Assembly (NCBI GenBank): GCA_965214705.1
Contig: OZ243972.1
Span: forward strand, 3,424,001 to 3,488,000
DNA length: 64,000 nucleotides
Direction of reading: 5' to 3'
Source of the DNA: Alphaproteobacteria bacterium
GTDB taxonomy: Bacteria; Pseudomonadota; Alphaproteobacteria; UBA828
Shown here piece by piece: positions 18,937-28,756 of the stretch (positions are counted from its first letter, which is position 1; each line of letters starts with the position of its first letter). Both the position numbers and the translations under genes were made by a program. Below the pieces are notes generated by a model that worked only from the letters and a program-made list of their open reading frames with translations, made no database searches and had not been told where the DNA came from.

Positions 18937-20690
18937 GCGAGACCCGGCGCCAAGCGATCACGGGCCGGATTCCGCGGGGCATTGCCGCGCACCTTCGACG
19001 GTGCGCGGGAGGCGCGGAAGCGATGCCGGCAGGACGATATTCCAAGGTCGTCGAGAGCCGTGCGGCGGGACGCCGGGCACAGGCTCGGCGCTCCCGGCGC
19101 TTCGGCTGGAGCCCGGCGGCGCTCGTCCTTTGCGCGGTTCTGCTCTCGGGCTGCGGCGCGGCGGTGTGGGAGGACGCGCGCAGCGAGACCGACGAGGCGG
19201 CGCACGACGTCGCCGCACTGAAAGAGGCGGCGGAGCGGCCGCGTTTCTCCGCCATCCGGGTGATCGAGCGGCGCCCCTGGCTCGGGCTTGCGCGTCAGGA
19301 CGCACGGGAAGAAGACGTCCTGCCGGCGCGCTTCCTGGAGCCCGGCGCCGTGACCCTGCCGCTGGCCGGGATCGGCGAAGCGTCGATGCTGGCGCGGCGC
19401 GTCGAGGCGGCGACCGGGATCCCGGTGCGCTTCATCGGCAAGGCGCATGCGGGCGAAGACTCCTCCCGCACCGACTCCGCTGCAGGAGTGTCTCCCGCAG
19501 GCTTCGGCATCGACCGTCTCTCGCCCGACGGCGGCGTCTGGACCGGGCCTCTCGATGCGCTGCTCGACGCCTGGACGGAGCCGGCCGGCTACGCCTGGGC
19601 CTACGACGCTGAGGAAGGCGCGATCGGGATCGTGCGCCGCGAGGCGGTGGCGTTCCGCATCCACGCGCTTGCCGGCAGGCAGCGCTACGAGGCGTCCGGG
19701 TCCACCGACGACGGTGTCTCGGGGGGCGACGAGGGCGGCGGCGTGTCGACGCGCCAGTCGATCATGGCCGAGACCGACTACGACCCCTGGCCCGAGATCG
19801 AGGCGCAGGCGGCGGCGCTCGCGGGGCCGGGCGCGTCGGTGACGGCGGCGCCTTCGAGCGCCTCTCTGCTGGTCAGCGGCACGCCCCGCGACGTGGAGCG
19901 GGTGCGGGCCTGGCTCTCGTGGCTCAACCGCGAGGTGCTGCGCCCGGTCACGCTTTCCGTGCACGTCTACGCGGTGCGCATGGAGCGCGAGGCGGACTAC
20001 GGCTTCGGCCTCGCCGCCCTGGTGAAGGAGCTGTTCGGAACCTCCGCCGAGCTGGCGGTGACCCCGGACTCGGTGGCGATCGTGCGGCCGTCGGCTGCGG
20101 TCGGCGACACGCTCGCGGCCACGGTGCGGGCGCTGAGCCGGGCGGGGACGGTCTCGCGGGTGCTGTCGGCGGACATCCCTTCGCTCAACGGCAAGCCCGC
20201 GCAGTTCTTCGAGCTCTACAAGGAAGCCTACGTCAAGGAGCAGCGGACCACGGCGGGCGAGGGCATCGCCCAGACCGAGATCGTGCCGGGCACGGTCTCC
20301 TCGGGGTTCGCGGCGAGCTACGTCCCGCGCATCACCGGGCCGGGCGAGGTGCTGGTGCGGCTGTTCGCGAGCCTGCGCGACCGTCCGGTGTTCCGCGAGG
20401 TCGGCGGATCGGGCACGGCGATCCAGCTTCCGGCCTATGCCAGCCGGGCGGTGCAGGTGACGCAGCGGATCCGGCGGGGAGAGACCCTGCTGGTGACGGG
20501 GTTCTCCACCCGGCGCTCGGAAGCGGACGGCTCGGGGACCTTCTCGGAAGACGTGCCCCTTCCCGGCGGCGCACGCCGGGGCGCGCTGGCGCGGTCCGAG
20601 CAGGTGCTGCTGGTAAAGGCCGAGATCGGCGCGCCGCTGGGCATTGCCGAGTCCAGGGAGCGCACCGATGGCTCGGGAGAGCCTCTGTGA
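18933..20690 (+). CDS. pilN: Type IVb pilus secretin lipoprotein (PilN/BfpB family)
   Basis: Lipobox 'LLSGC' and secretin domain 'SLNGKPAQF...EIVPGTVSSGF...YVPRI...IQLP...QRIRRGETLLVTGF'. The true start may be the ATG at ~19023. Confidence 0.85.
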   Translation: MSETRRQAITGRIPRGIAAHLRRCAGGAEAMPAGRYSKVVESRAAGRRAQARRSRRFGWSPAALVLCAVLLSGCGAAVWEDARSETDEAAHDVAALKEAAERPRFSAIRVIERRPWLGLARQDAREEDVLPARFLEPGAVTLPLAGIGEASMLARRVEAATGIPVRFIGKAHAGEDSSRTDSAAGVSPAGFGIDRLSPDGGVWTGPLDALLDAWTEPAGYAWAYDAEEGAIGIVRREAVAFRIHALAGRQRYEASGSTDDGVSGGDEGGGVSTRQSIMAETDYDPWPEIEAQAAALAGPGASVTAAPSSASLLVSGTPRDVERVRAWLSWLNREVLRPVTLSVHVYAVRMEREADYGFGLAALVKELFGTSAELAVTPDSVAIVRPSAAVGDTLAATVRALSRAGTVSRVLSADIPSLNGKPAQFFELYKEAYVKEQRTTAGEGIAQTEIVPGTVSSGFAASYVPRITGPGEVLVRLFASLRDRPVFREVGGSGTAIQLPAYASRAVQVTQRIRRGETLLVTGFSTRRSEADGSGTFSEDVPLPGGARRGALARSEQVLLVKAEIGAPLGIAESRERTDGSGEPL

Positions 20691-22048
20691 GCGTCATCGA
20701 CGTCGGCGGGCGGGCTTACGCGGCCGGGCTCTACTGGCTGGAGCGCGGCGGCGCGGGGGCCACCGCGCGGACGGCGCGCAGGCTGGACCGGCCGTGGTGC
20801 GTGCATCGCGGCGAGCGCACCGGCTTCGCCGCCGACGATACGGGGGAGAGCCCCGAAGGTCTTCCGGCGCTGGCGCTGGCGCTTCTCGCGTGCATCGAGG
20901 GCGCCTTCTGGATGGCGCTGCTCGAGGGGGATGAGGACCCGTCCGGCGGGCGCCGCTACGCGCTGGTGAAGGCGCGGGGCGGCACGGTGCTGGCCGACGG
21001 GGACGAGGTCTTCGAGGACCGGGCGGCGGCGCTGGCCGCGTTCGAGCGGGCGCGGCCGCTCGGCTGGTCGCTGTTCGCCACGCCGGGATTGCAGGACGAG
21101 GTTGGTGGCGCGGGCCGGGAGGTAGCCGCGCTGGATCCGGCGGCGCTGGCCGAGGCGGCCGCCGCCGCCGGGGATACGATCGCGCTCGCGCGCGCGGTCT
21201 CGCGGCGGCGCTGGCTGCGCCCGGTTGCGGCCGCGGCGGGCGTTGCCGTGCTGGTTGCGATCGCCGTGCTGTGGTTCGAGCGCGACGCGCTGATCGCCTG
21301 GCTGAGGGGGCCCGGGACGGGTGCGGTTGCGCCAACGGTGCGGCCCGATCCCGTAGTGGCGGTGGCGGTGGACGGCGCGGCGCTGATCGCGGCCTGCCGG
21401 GAGGCGCTGATCGCCCATCCCCCCTTCCTGCCGGCATGGCGGATCGAGCGCATCGAGTGCGCGGCGCGGTTTGCCGATCCCGAGCTGAGCGGGTTGGTGC
21501 CGGAGCTGGCGGGCCGGGCGGCGCTGCTGGTGCGCTGGGGGCTGAAGGACGGCCACGCGGAGGCGGTGCAGCGCCGCGTCGCGGAGAAACATCTGGCGCG
21601 CTGGCACGCGGCGGCGGTGGCCGGCGCAAGGGCCTGGGCGGCGGCGCCGCTCGGGCCGGTGCTGCGCGTCATGGGCACTCGTGCCGGCGACGCGCCCGCA
21701 CCGGCATTCGTCGAGCTGCGCCGCGAAGTGGACAGGGCCTTCGGCGCGGGCGGCGCCCGCGTGGGCTACGCCCGGGGCGCGGGCGGCGGATGGACGGTGC
21801 GCATCGACGAATACGGGCCGCTCGGCCGGCTCGGGCCGCTCGCGGGGGGCGTCGATGGCCTGGAGATCGTCGCGCTCGCGCGCGGCGAAAGCGGCCCCTG
21901 GCGGCTGGAAGGGCGGCCGGCGGCGCCGGAGAGGGTCGCGGCCTCGCGGCTGAAGGCCCTCGGGGTGACCGGCAGACCGGCCGCGGCAAGTAGCGGACTG
22001 AACCAACTGGAGAAGGAGGCGGAGGATGGAACGCAGAGGCACGAGTGA
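20687..22048 (+). CDS. pilO: Type IVb pilus accessory protein PilO
   Basis: GTGA overlap with pilN, N-terminal 'VIDVGGRAYAAGLYW', single central TM, canonical position after pilN. Confidence 0.75.
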   Translation: MSVIDVGGRAYAAGLYWLERGGAGATARTARRLDRPWCVHRGERTGFAADDTGESPEGLPALALALLACIEGAFWMALLEGDEDPSGGRRYALVKARGGTVLADGDEVFEDRAAALAAFERARPLGWSLFATPGLQDEVGGAGREVAALDPAALAEAAAAAGDTIALARAVSRRRWLRPVAAAAGVAVLVAIAVLWFERDALIAWLRGPGTGAVAPTVRPDPVVAVAVDGAALIAACREALIAHPPFLPAWRIERIECAARFADPELSGLVPELAGRAALLVRWGLKDGHAEAVQRRVAEKHLARWHAAAVAGARAWAAAPLGPVLRVMGTRAGDAPAPAFVELRREVDRAFGAGGARVGYARGAGGGWTVRIDEYGPLGRLGPLAGGVDGLEIVALARGESGPWRLEGRPAAPERVAASRLKALGVTGRPAAASSGLNQLEKEAEDGTQRHE

Positions 22049-23693
22049 GCCTGGGCGGATGCGCGCCGTGCGCGGGTTCAGGGCCTGGCTGCTCTCGGGG
22101 GCCAGCATGGCGGTGCTGCTGGGGGCGGGTGCCCTCGCGGCGGGGCCGGCGCTTGCGCAGGTGGCGGCGGACGAGCGGGTCTACCGCGCCGAGGCGCTGG
22201 CGCATGCGGGCGCGGTGGAGACGGCGTGGCGCAGGCTGGAGACCTTCATCCTGGAGGAATCGGGCGCGGCCGTGTCGTGGCCGGGCGCGGTGCCGCCGGC
22301 ATCGACGGGCTGGCAGGGGTCATGGACGCAGCGCGGGCTGGAGGCGCGCTACTGCGAGGACACCCTGCTGGTCTACCTGGCGCCGTACGAGCTCAAGGGC
22401 ACGGGCGCCGACCACCGGGCGGTGCACGCGGCGCCGCACGCCTATGGCGGGGGGGAGAAGCCGGTCCTGCACTGGCTCGAGAGCGGCGTGGCGCGGGGCG
22501 GCGCCGGGCGGGCTTCGGTAACGCTGCCGGACTGCCTGTCCGAGGCCGCGCAGGGCGGCCCCCTTCCCTCGGGCCGCGCCGCGCTCGCGGGCGCCGTGCG
22601 CGATCCCTTTCTGCACACGGTGGAGCGGGTGTCCCGCGAGCGGCGCGAGGAGCCGTGTCCGGCGGGAACTCACGGCGACGGCCGCACGCAGGTGCGCGAG
22701 GTGACGCGGACCGAGAACGGCCGGGGCGATCCGGTGGGCGATCCCGTCGAGGGGCCCTGGGAGATGCTGATCGACCTCTGCCGGGCCGACTACAGCCGGT
22801 GGGAACACTACACGCTGGAATGCCACTGGGACGCCGGCCCGCCCCACAACCGGCGCATGGAAGGCCGCGAGGTGTGGCGGCGGATGCGGACGGTGAGTGC
22901 GGCGGGCGAGACCCTGGGCGCGCCCGAGTTCGTCTCGACGAGCTGCTGGACCGGCAATGCGCTGCCGCCCCCGCCCACTCCGGAAATCTCGGAGACCGCG
23001 CGCGAGGAGACGAAGAGTGGGAGCTGCCCTGCGGGCTACACGGGCAGCATCGGCTACCGGCGCACCGTGACGCTGCGCTCCACGCGCTTCCCCTGGGATG
23101 AGGCGCCGGTGATGCAGACGATCTACGGCCCGTGGACCGTGGCGAGCGACGGCTGCGTGGCGGTGCCGGAGCAGGACCATGACGGCCCCGGCGACGGAGG
23201 CCACGGGGACCCCGGCGGCGACGGCGGCACGGGCGGACCGGGCGGCGACAGCTGCGGGGGGACCGACTCGGGCGCGTCGGCTCCCGGCGATGGTGTCTGC
23301 AGCGGCGACGGCATTGGCGGCGGCGACGGGGGCGGAGATGGCGGCGCGGGCGGCTGCTTCCTGACCACGGCGGTCGTGGAGCTGCGCGGCGAGGCGGACG
23401 GCGGGCCGACGCTGACGGCTCTGCGCAGCTTCCGCGACGGCTACATGGCAAGGACGGCCGAACGCCGGGCGCTGGTTGCCGAGTACTACGCCGTCGCGCC
23501 CGCGATCGTGGCGGCGATCCCCGAGGGGCATGCAGAGTGGGAGCGGATCGCGGCGGAGGTCGACACGGCCGCAGACGCGATCGCCGGCGGCTCCGACGAC
23601 GCGGCGTTCGGCATCTACGTTGGGCTGGTGAGCCGGCTGAAAGCGGACTGGTTGCCGGATGCGTCCGGCCGGACCGACGGAGGCCGGCGGTGA
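22026..23693 (+). CDS. Exported Cys-rich protein with 'CPAG' repeats, G/D-rich linker and C-terminal CFI-box-CTERM-like domain (candidate pilus adhesin)
   Basis: Signal peptide; 'CPAGTHG' and 'SCPAGYTGSI' repeats; 'GGCFLTTAVV...LTALRSFRDGYM...YYAVAPAIV'. Confidence 0.7.
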   Translation: MERRGTSEPGRMRAVRGFRAWLLSGASMAVLLGAGALAAGPALAQVAADERVYRAEALAHAGAVETAWRRLETFILEESGAAVSWPGAVPPASTGWQGSWTQRGLEARYCEDTLLVYLAPYELKGTGADHRAVHAAPHAYGGGEKPVLHWLESGVARGGAGRASVTLPDCLSEAAQGGPLPSGRAALAGAVRDPFLHTVERVSRERREEPCPAGTHGDGRTQVREVTRTENGRGDPVGDPVEGPWEMLIDLCRADYSRWEHYTLECHWDAGPPHNRRMEGREVWRRMRTVSAAGETLGAPEFVSTSCWTGNALPPPPTPEISETAREETKSGSCPAGYTGSIGYRRTVTLRSTRFPWDEAPVMQTIYGPWTVASDGCVAVPEQDHDGPGDGGHGDPGGDGGTGGPGGDSCGGTDSGASAPGDGVCSGDGIGGGDGGGDGGAGGCFLTTAVVELRGEADGGPTLTALRSFRDGYMARTAERRALVAEYYAVAPAIVAAIPEGHAEWERIAAEVDTAADAIAGGSDDAAFGIYVGLVSRLKADWLPDASGRTDGGRR

Positions 23694-24907
23694 GGCGGGC
23701 CTCTCACACCCTGTCAGTCAGGGGCGCGGCGCTGATGGGCATGCTCGCGGCGGCGTTCGCGGCGGACGCCGCATGGGGCCAGGCGGCGACGGGCCCGAAC
23801 TTCAGCTCCCATGCCGCGCCGTTCTTCGAGGAGCTGTTGGCGGGACGGGTGTGGGTGCTGGAGCGGCCCAACTCGTCGCGTGCGGACGACCGGGGCGCGG
23901 CCTGGGCGCACTACCACGCGCCGGACGGCACCCTGCTGGCCTGCGCCCATCTGGGCGGCGAATACGCCGGTGCGGAGGCGCGCTGGCGGGTTGTGCCCTC
24001 GCGCGCCTTCCGCGCGCTCTACAACTACCTGGAGCCGGGCGCCGAGCCCGATCCGGGCAGGCGCCGGGGGCACACGCCGATCTTCTACGACCCCGGCACC
24101 GGCGCGCTGCACAACGAGGCCACGGGGGATCAAAGCCGCTGGGCTGTCGCCTCGCGCGGCTGGGTGCAGGAGAGCTGGCCCGCAGTGATGAAGGAGGCCT
24201 GCCCGGACCTCTCCCTGCCCCGCTCCCTTCCGGTCAACCGGCGCCAGACCGCGACGCGCATCGACGAGATGATGGCGCAGGACCCGGACGCCGTGGTGCG
24301 CAACGCGCCGGGCTCGCACCTGCGTGGCCCCGGCGCGATCGGCATCGCTGCCGCACAAGGCCGGGCGCGGCTGCCGGCCACGGACCTCGCGAGGTTTCTG
24401 GCGGAGAACGATGGCTTCGTGCTGACGGACACGGCGGGCGCCCGGCACGTTCTGGTGCTGGGCGCAGACGGCGATGAGCTCTGGCTGCTCGACGCCGACG
24501 GCGGCGTGGTCGACACCGGGCTGCTGTTGCCGGTGGCGGGGGGCGCGGAGATCGCGGTGCACTACGCACGGCTGCCGGTGCGGCCCCGCTACCGGATCGG
24601 CGACGCCCTCCCCTTCCTGCCGACCGGCGAGCGCTTCGCGGCCATGCGGATCACCGACCGGGTGGCGGCGCAGGGGACGCCGGTGGTGCTTCCCGTGTCC
24701 GGCACGAGTGTCCCCGGGCGGTCGGAGACCGTGGTGCGGCTCCGAGCGGACGGGTCTCTCTTCGCGGAGGGCGGCGGCACGGAGACGGTGCCGGGAACCT
24801 GGCGCTGGTCGCGGGGCGAGCTGGCGGTGACGCTGGAAGGCGCGGCGGGCGAGGTGAGCATCCCTTGGCGGGTGCTGGCCGACCAGGCCGGGCCGGGACT
24901 CCGGTGA
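23690..24907 (+). CDS. Hypothetical exported protein
   Basis: GTGA and TGATG coupling with both neighbours and a signal-peptide-like N-terminus. No family recognised. Confidence 0.65.
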   Translation: MRRASHTLSVRGAALMGMLAAAFAADAAWGQAATGPNFSSHAAPFFEELLAGRVWVLERPNSSRADDRGAAWAHYHAPDGTLLACAHLGGEYAGAEARWRVVPSRAFRALYNYLEPGAEPDPGRRRGHTPIFYDPGTGALHNEATGDQSRWAVASRGWVQESWPAVMKEACPDLSLPRSLPVNRRQTATRIDEMMAQDPDAVVRNAPGSHLRGPGAIGIAAAQGRARLPATDLARFLAENDGFVLTDTAGARHVLVLGADGDELWLLDADGGVVDTGLLLPVAGGAEIAVHYARLPVRPRYRIGDALPFLPTGERFAAMRITDRVAAQGTPVVLPVSGTSVPGRSETVVRLRADGSLFAEGGGTETVPGTWRWSRGELAVTLEGAAGEVSIPWRVLADQAGPGLR

Positions 24908-25980
24908 TGGCTGCGGTTCGCATGCCCTGCCGGCTCCCGGTCCTGGTGCTGCTTGCCGCGTTGACGACGGCGGCGGCTTGGGCGGGCGATGCGCCGGTGG
25001 CGCCGTTCCCCGGCACGAGTGTCTCCGGTACGGACGTCGAAGGCAGGCAAGAGAGCCTGCCGGAGCAGGCGCCGGAGGCCTCGGACGAGGCGGCGTCGGA
25101 AGCCGGAGCGGAAGCGGTGGGTGTGGCCGTGCCGGCGGTCGATGCGGGTCCTTCGGAGGCTGCGGTGCCCGACGGCAGCATGGCTGCGGAGAAACCGGCA
25201 GCGCCGGCGGGCGGCAGCCGCCTGCTGCGTGCGCTGGCCGATCTGCCGAAGACAGTCGGTCGGGCGCGGAGCGATGTTCCGGGCGACGTCACCCGCCCCG
25301 GAATCCCCCGGGTGTTTGCGGCCGAGGGATGTCCGCGCGCGCTGCTGCGCCGCCTGCTGGCGGGCGCGGCCGGCGAGGCGGATGCGCTGTCCGCGCTCGG
25401 GATCGAGCGGGAGATCCTCACCCTCTGCCGCGAGCGCCAGGAGATCGTCGCTGGGCTGTTGGAGACCGAGGCGCGGCTGAGCGAGCTGCGCGAGGCCGGG
25501 CGAGGCCCGGAGCCGGAGGCGGCGGCCTCGGCGGCGAGCGCGGTCCCGACGCCCCGGGTGGAAGCGGCTGGCGAGGCGCCAGCTATTGCAAGGGCTGCCG
25601 CGTCGCCCCTGCGTGCGGCGCTCGGCGGCGCGGCAGAGAAAGCGAACGAGGCAGACACTCCTGCCGGAGACACTCGTGCCGGAGGTCCTCAGGGCGGAGA
25701 ACCGCGTGGCACGGAGCCGCGGAGTCCGGCACGCGTGTCCCCGGCACGAGTGCCTCCGCGCTACGCGTGGTTCTCGATCATCGGCACCGCGGGCGCGCTC
25801 CGTGCGGGCGTCACCGACGGGACAGGCGTGTGGTTCGTGCGCGAGGGCGACCCGCTGCCGGGCGGCGCGACGATCGCCGCAATCGCGGGAAGGCCGCCGG
25901 CCGTCCGGGTGACGGGCGCCGGAGAGAGTGGGGAAGCAACCCTGCTGCCCTTCCGCGCGAGGCCGGGAGGAGTCCCGTGA
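24907..25980 (+). CDS. pilP: PilP-like type IVb pilus biogenesis protein
   Basis: C-terminal 'FSIIGTAGALRAGVTDGTGVWFVREGDPLPGGATIAAI', a coiled coil, and position directly before the assembly ATPase. Confidence 0.6.
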   Translation: MAAVRMPCRLPVLVLLAALTTAAAWAGDAPVAPFPGTSVSGTDVEGRQESLPEQAPEASDEAASEAGAEAVGVAVPAVDAGPSEAAVPDGSMAAEKPAAPAGGSRLLRALADLPKTVGRARSDVPGDVTRPGIPRVFAAEGCPRALLRRLLAGAAGEADALSALGIEREILTLCRERQEIVAGLLETEARLSELREAGRGPEPEAAASAASAVPTPRVEAAGEAPAIARAAASPLRAALGGAAEKANEADTPAGDTRAGGPQGGEPRGTEPRSPARVSPARVPPRYAWFSIIGTAGALRAGVTDGTGVWFVREGDPLPGGATIAAIAGRPPAVRVTGAGESGEATLLPFRARPGGVP

Positions 25981-27707
25981 GGAGTCCCGGGCAGTTGGTT
26001 GGCCAGTGGCTCGGGGACTGGCGTGGGCGGGCGCGTGCGGCGGCCGAAGCTGCGATCGGGCGGCTGGACGGAGGCCGCGGCGGAGCCGGGAAGGCGCCGG
26101 CGCCGGGCGGAGACGCTCGCGCCGGTGACGCTCGCGGCGGGGACGCCCGTGCCACCGACCTGCCGATCGACAGCAGCGCGATGGACGCGCGCTTCCGCCG
26201 GCTCTGCGCCGTCTTCGCCGACGGGCGCTGCCTGATCGCCGAAGGCTACGAGCCCGACGACCGGCTGCGCCTCGACCTGGTGAAGCTGCGCGAGGCCGGA
26301 ACGATCCCGGCGGTGCTCACGGAAGAGAGCGTGACGCTGGAGGAGATCGCGGCGCTCTGGCGGGTGCATGAGGGCGGCTCCGCGCCGGACGGCGGCGGCG
26401 CGGCCACGCGCCTGCGCTCGCTGCTGAAGGACGCCGCATCGGCGAAGGCCAGCGACGTGGTGTTCGAGCAGGGCCCGGACGCCTGCAAGGTGTTCTGCAT
26501 CGTCAACGACCGCAAGCTGCCGCTGTGCCCGGCCCTCACCCCCGAGGAGGGCCGCCGGGTCATGGGCTTCCTCTTCCACTGCAAGGACGAGGGGAGCTCG
26601 CAGACCAGCTACCGCCGCGCCTCCTTCCAGGGCTTCTCGATCCGCGCCGGCGGCGCCGTGCCCCTGCCGGGCGGCATCTCGGCGCTCCGTTGCGAGCGCG
26701 GGCCTCACGACCCCGACGCCGACCACCTCTTCGCGCGCCTCTTCTACACCGACCGCCTGGATCCGGACACGACGCTGGAAGGGCTGGGGTTCAGCGAGCA
26801 GGAGGCCGCGCTGTTCGCCGAGATCCGCATGGCGATGCAGGGCGGGGTGTTCATCGGCGGGCGCGCCGGCGACGGCAAGAGCACCACGCTCGCCGTCAAC
26901 CTGGCGCTCCAGATGGCCGAGATGGCGGGCCAGCTCAACCTGGTGACGCTCGAGGACCCGGTCGAGTACCGCATCCCCGGCGCGATCCAGATCGCGGTGC
27001 CCACGTCGGGCGCCGGCGAGACCCGCGCCGGACACTTCAAGGAGGCCCTGATGCACTTCTGCCGGGTGCATCCGGCGTCCGGCATGGTCTCGGAGATCAG
27101 GGACGCCGACGCCGCCCGGCAGGTGCTCCAGTGCGTCGACACCGGGCACCAGATCTGGACCACCATCCACGTCCACAACGCCAACGCGATCCCCTTCCGG
27201 CTGATCGACATGGGGGTGGGCGCGGCCGAGGTGGCGAAGCCCGGCAACGTGGCGCTGCTGATGAAGCAGACGCTGTTGCCGAAGCTGTGCCAGGCCTGCG
27301 CGCTGGACCGCCCGGCGGGCGGGCGTGCGGTGCCGGAGGGGCTGATTTCGCGCCTCGGCGGGATCGAGGGGCTGCGCTTCAGGAACGCAAAGGGGTGCGT
27401 CGAGTGCCGGCGGAAGGGCGGCGGCAAGGTCTCGGCGCGGGCCTGGAACGGCTATCTCGGCCAGACCGCGATCGCGGAGTCCATCCGCCCGGACGCGGGC
27501 TACCTGCGCTTCGTCCGCGCGGGCGATCCCCTCGGCGCCTGGGCGTACTGGCGAAGCGAGATGGGCGGCGTTCCCATCGGGGTGCGCATCCGCGCCATGG
27601 TGAAGCAGGGCGCGGTCGATCCCTTCGACGCGCTGCTCAAGGGCGGAGCGGGAGAGCACGAGGCGCAGGCCGATCCCGTGCCCGACGATCCCGGAGACAC
27701 CGCGTGA
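25977..27707 (+). CDS. pilQ: Type IVb pilus assembly ATPase (PilQ/GspE family)
   Basis: Walker A 'GRAGDGKSTT', 'TLEDPVEY', 'SEIRD', 'TGHQIWTTIH' and CxxC pairs. GTGA overlap. Confidence 0.9.
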   Translation: MRSPGQLVGQWLGDWRGRARAAAEAAIGRLDGGRGGAGKAPAPGGDARAGDARGGDARATDLPIDSSAMDARFRRLCAVFADGRCLIAEGYEPDDRLRLDLVKLREAGTIPAVLTEESVTLEEIAALWRVHEGGSAPDGGGAATRLRSLLKDAASAKASDVVFEQGPDACKVFCIVNDRKLPLCPALTPEEGRRVMGFLFHCKDEGSSQTSYRRASFQGFSIRAGGAVPLPGGISALRCERGPHDPDADHLFARLFYTDRLDPDTTLEGLGFSEQEAALFAEIRMAMQGGVFIGGRAGDGKSTTLAVNLALQMAEMAGQLNLVTLEDPVEYRIPGAIQIAVPTSGAGETRAGHFKEALMHFCRVHPASGMVSEIRDADAARQVLQCVDTGHQIWTTIHVHNANAIPFRLIDMGVGAAEVAKPGNVALLMKQTLLPKLCQACALDRPAGGRAVPEGLISRLGGIEGLRFRNAKGCVECRRKGGGKVSARAWNGYLGQTAIAESIRPDAGYLRFVRAGDPLGAWAYWRSEMGGVPIGVRIRAMVKQGAVDPFDALLKGGAGEHEAQADPVPDDPGDTA

Positions 27708-28756
27708 TCGCCCGGCTCGCCATGCCGCTGCGCCGCGTTCATGCCGCGCTGGTGATGGGGCGGAAGGCGCGCGTCGACTGCTTCCAGACCGTGGCCGACC
27801 TGCTCGCGGCAGGGTTCGAGCTGGAGCGCGCCCTCGGCGTCGCCGCGCGGGCCATGGGTGGGGGCGCCCGGGCCCGCCTGATCGCGTCGTGGCGGGCGGC
27901 GCTGCCGGCCGGAGGCTTCGCGGACGCCATGGCCGCCTCCGTGCCGCCGGCCGAGGCGATGATATTCGAGGCCTACGGAAGGGTGGACGCCGGGCGGCTG
28001 TTCGCCGCCGCTGCGCGCATCGCGGAGCTGCGCGAGCGCCAGATCGCCGCGGTGCGGAAGGCGCTCGCCATGCCGCTCCTGCTGGGAGTGGCGGTGGTCA
28101 CCATGCTGTGGGCCGCCGGCGGCTGGTTCGTGCCCGTGCTCGAAGGGGTGGTTCCGCCCGAGCAGTGGGGCCCGGCGGCAGGCCTCTTCCGGGCCGCCTC
28201 GTCCTGGCTCTACGCGCAGCCGCTGGCCTTTGCGGGGCTCTGCGTGGCCGTCCTCGTGCCGCTCGGGCTCGCCACGGTGCTGTGGACCGGGCCGGGGCGG
28301 ACCGCGCTCGACCGCATCGCGCCCTTCTCGCTCTACCGCACCGTCACCGGCTCGGCCTTCCTGTTCGTGGTGCTCGAGATGCTGGGCGCGGGCCTCGACC
28401 TCAACGACCGCGCCTTCGAGGACCTCAAGCGCCGCGCCGGCCCCTACGCCCGCCACCGCATCGGCGCGATCCAGCGCCACATGGTGCGGGGCGCCGGGCT
28501 GGGCCGCGCCATGGCGCTGGCCGGCCACGGCTTCCCCGACCCCTCGCTGGTGCCGGTGGTGGCGGCCCTCGACGGCGTGCCCGGCTGGGAGGCGAAGCTC
28601 TCCGGCTTCGTCGCGCGCTGGGTGGACCGCTCCGAGGACCTGCTGCGGACCCGCGCCGCCGGGCTCAACGCGGCGCTGCTGATCCTGGTCACGCTGAGCG
28701 TCGCCGCCGGCATCGACGCCATGTTCTCGATCCTGCAACAGGCCGGACGGTCATGA
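27704..28756 (+). CDS. pilR: Type IVb pilus inner-membrane platform protein (PilR/GspF family)
   Basis: Three TM segments, 'LDRIAPFSLYRTVTGSAFL', 'GHGFPD'. Lies between the ATPase and the pilin. Confidence 0.85.
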   Translation: MIARLAMPLRRVHAALVMGRKARVDCFQTVADLLAAGFELERALGVAARAMGGGARARLIASWRAALPAGGFADAMAASVPPAEAMIFEAYGRVDAGRLFAAAARIAELRERQIAAVRKALAMPLLLGVAVVTMLWAAGGWFVPVLEGVVPPEQWGPAAGLFRAASSWLYAQPLAFAGLCVAVLVPLGLATVLWTGPGRTALDRIAPFSLYRTVTGSAFLFVVLEMLGAGLDLNDRAFEDLKRRAGPYARHRIGAIQRHMVRGAGLGRAMALAGHGFPDPSLVPVVAALDGVPGWEAKLSGFVARWVDRSEDLLRTRAAGLNAALLILVTLSVAAGIDAMFSILQQAGRS

